Assembly: GCF_004010195.1 (NCBI RefSeq)
Contig: NC_057752.1
Location: forward strand, 1,087,525-1,151,524
Direction of reading: 5' to 3'
Length of the DNA stretch: 64,000 nucleotides
Source of the DNA: Chiloscyllium plagiosum
Lineage: Eukaryota
Part shown: in pieces, positions 63,231-64,000 of the stretch
Position numbering within the stretch: position 1 is the stretch's first letter
Layout: the number at the start of each line of letters is the position of its first letter
The notes under the pieces: model-generated
The model's database searches: none
The model's input: the letters and a program-made list of their open reading frames with translations, nothing else
What the model was told of the DNA's origin: nothing
Program-made: the position numbers and the translations under genes

Positions 63231-64000
63231 AAAATCTCATTGACATGCTAAAGATGGTCAGGTGATAAAGAAAGTAGCAACCCCTCAAGGTAGTGGGAGC
63301 AATGAGATCAGTGCAGGGGGCTTTGGTTATGTTGCATTTAGCCACGCCTAAGAAGTGACAAATCAGCCACCAATCTTGTGACAGATTCAGACCAGGAATA
63401 TTCTCTGCACTGTTTTGGGGATGTAGAGTGGGGCCACAAAAGTGGAAATTCAGCCATGGTCTTGGGAACAGCAGGGCAGCCAAGCTGGAGCCAGTCCATG
63501 AGAATTCCTAAACTTGGACTTCTTGGGCAATCATGGATTAGTAAAGGGAACAGGAGTACTTGGCATGGAAAACAAACAGAGCTCCCTGGAAACAGCCATA
63601 ATCATGGTGAAGATTAGAGAGTTTTCTTGGAGGTGGGAGGGAGCAGTGGGGTCAAGGAAGTCAATGAACAACTGAGGGTGAAGGATAGTGCCAAGGCAAG
63701 GAGTACTGGAACTCCCATTCCGTCACTTCCTTTTGATCCTCAAGATAGGTCAAAGTGATATTAAGCAAATTAAGTACTTCTGAAGTATTGTAATGTCGAA
63801 AACAAGCTATATACTATTTCAATGGAGAAAGACTACAGAAAGCTGCACAGAGCAGGTGGCTTTGGAAGTCTTCATTCATAAATCAGAAAAAGCCATCAAG
63901 TTCAGCAAGTCATTGGGAAGGTAAGTGGAATATTGGCATTTAGGTCAAAGGGAATGGAGTATAAAATTAGGGAAGTTTTGCCAAAACAATACAAGGCACT

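Larger units (their letters stand above)
2241..64000 (-). other. Large first intron of the FMNL gene (exon 1 not seen; presumably right of the window)
   Basis: Lies upstream of the exon-2 acceptor on the minus strand. I found no MGN...EERF..VL exon-1 peptide in the ORF track or by reading, and the region is dominated by repeats. Confidence 0.75.

Noticed and set aside
63145..63483. Second minus-strand poly-proline ORF (PPPPPPPPHPPPP) as FH1 or exon 1
   Set aside because: It is a simple G-rich tract with no MGN start or EERF..VL motif, and it is in the wrong position for FH1.

Overview
Vertebrate genomic DNA, almost certainly from a shark: it carries HE1/V-SINEs, Deu-domain SacSINE1-like SINEs and abundant CR1 LINEs. 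The only host coding sequence I can support is one 84-bp minus-strand exon (2157-2240, [28 protein letters not shown]). It matches the second coding exon of a formin-like gene, most likely fmnl3. Positions 2241-64000 therefore appear to be part of a >61-kb first intron, and 1-2156 part of the next intron. The rest is retroelement debris: CR1, an L2-like LINE, a Tx1-like fragment, several tRNA-derived SINE families and Penelope-like element (PLE) remnants, often nested. There is also a CpG-rich GA satellite at the left end and two N gaps. The most notable signals are: (i) at least five families of short PLE-derived elements carrying minimal hammerhead-ribozyme-like cores, several arranged as inverted-repeat mini-elements with apparent TSDs; (ii) a 293-bp near-perfect inverted local copy that looks like a templated insertion; (iii) an unexplained 25-bp direct repeat; and (iv) a possible TATA plus donor alternative first exon. 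Repeat-family names are from recalled consensus motifs, not database searches. Repeat boundaries are approximate unless a TSD is given. Most ORFs in the track are spurious or TE-derived.
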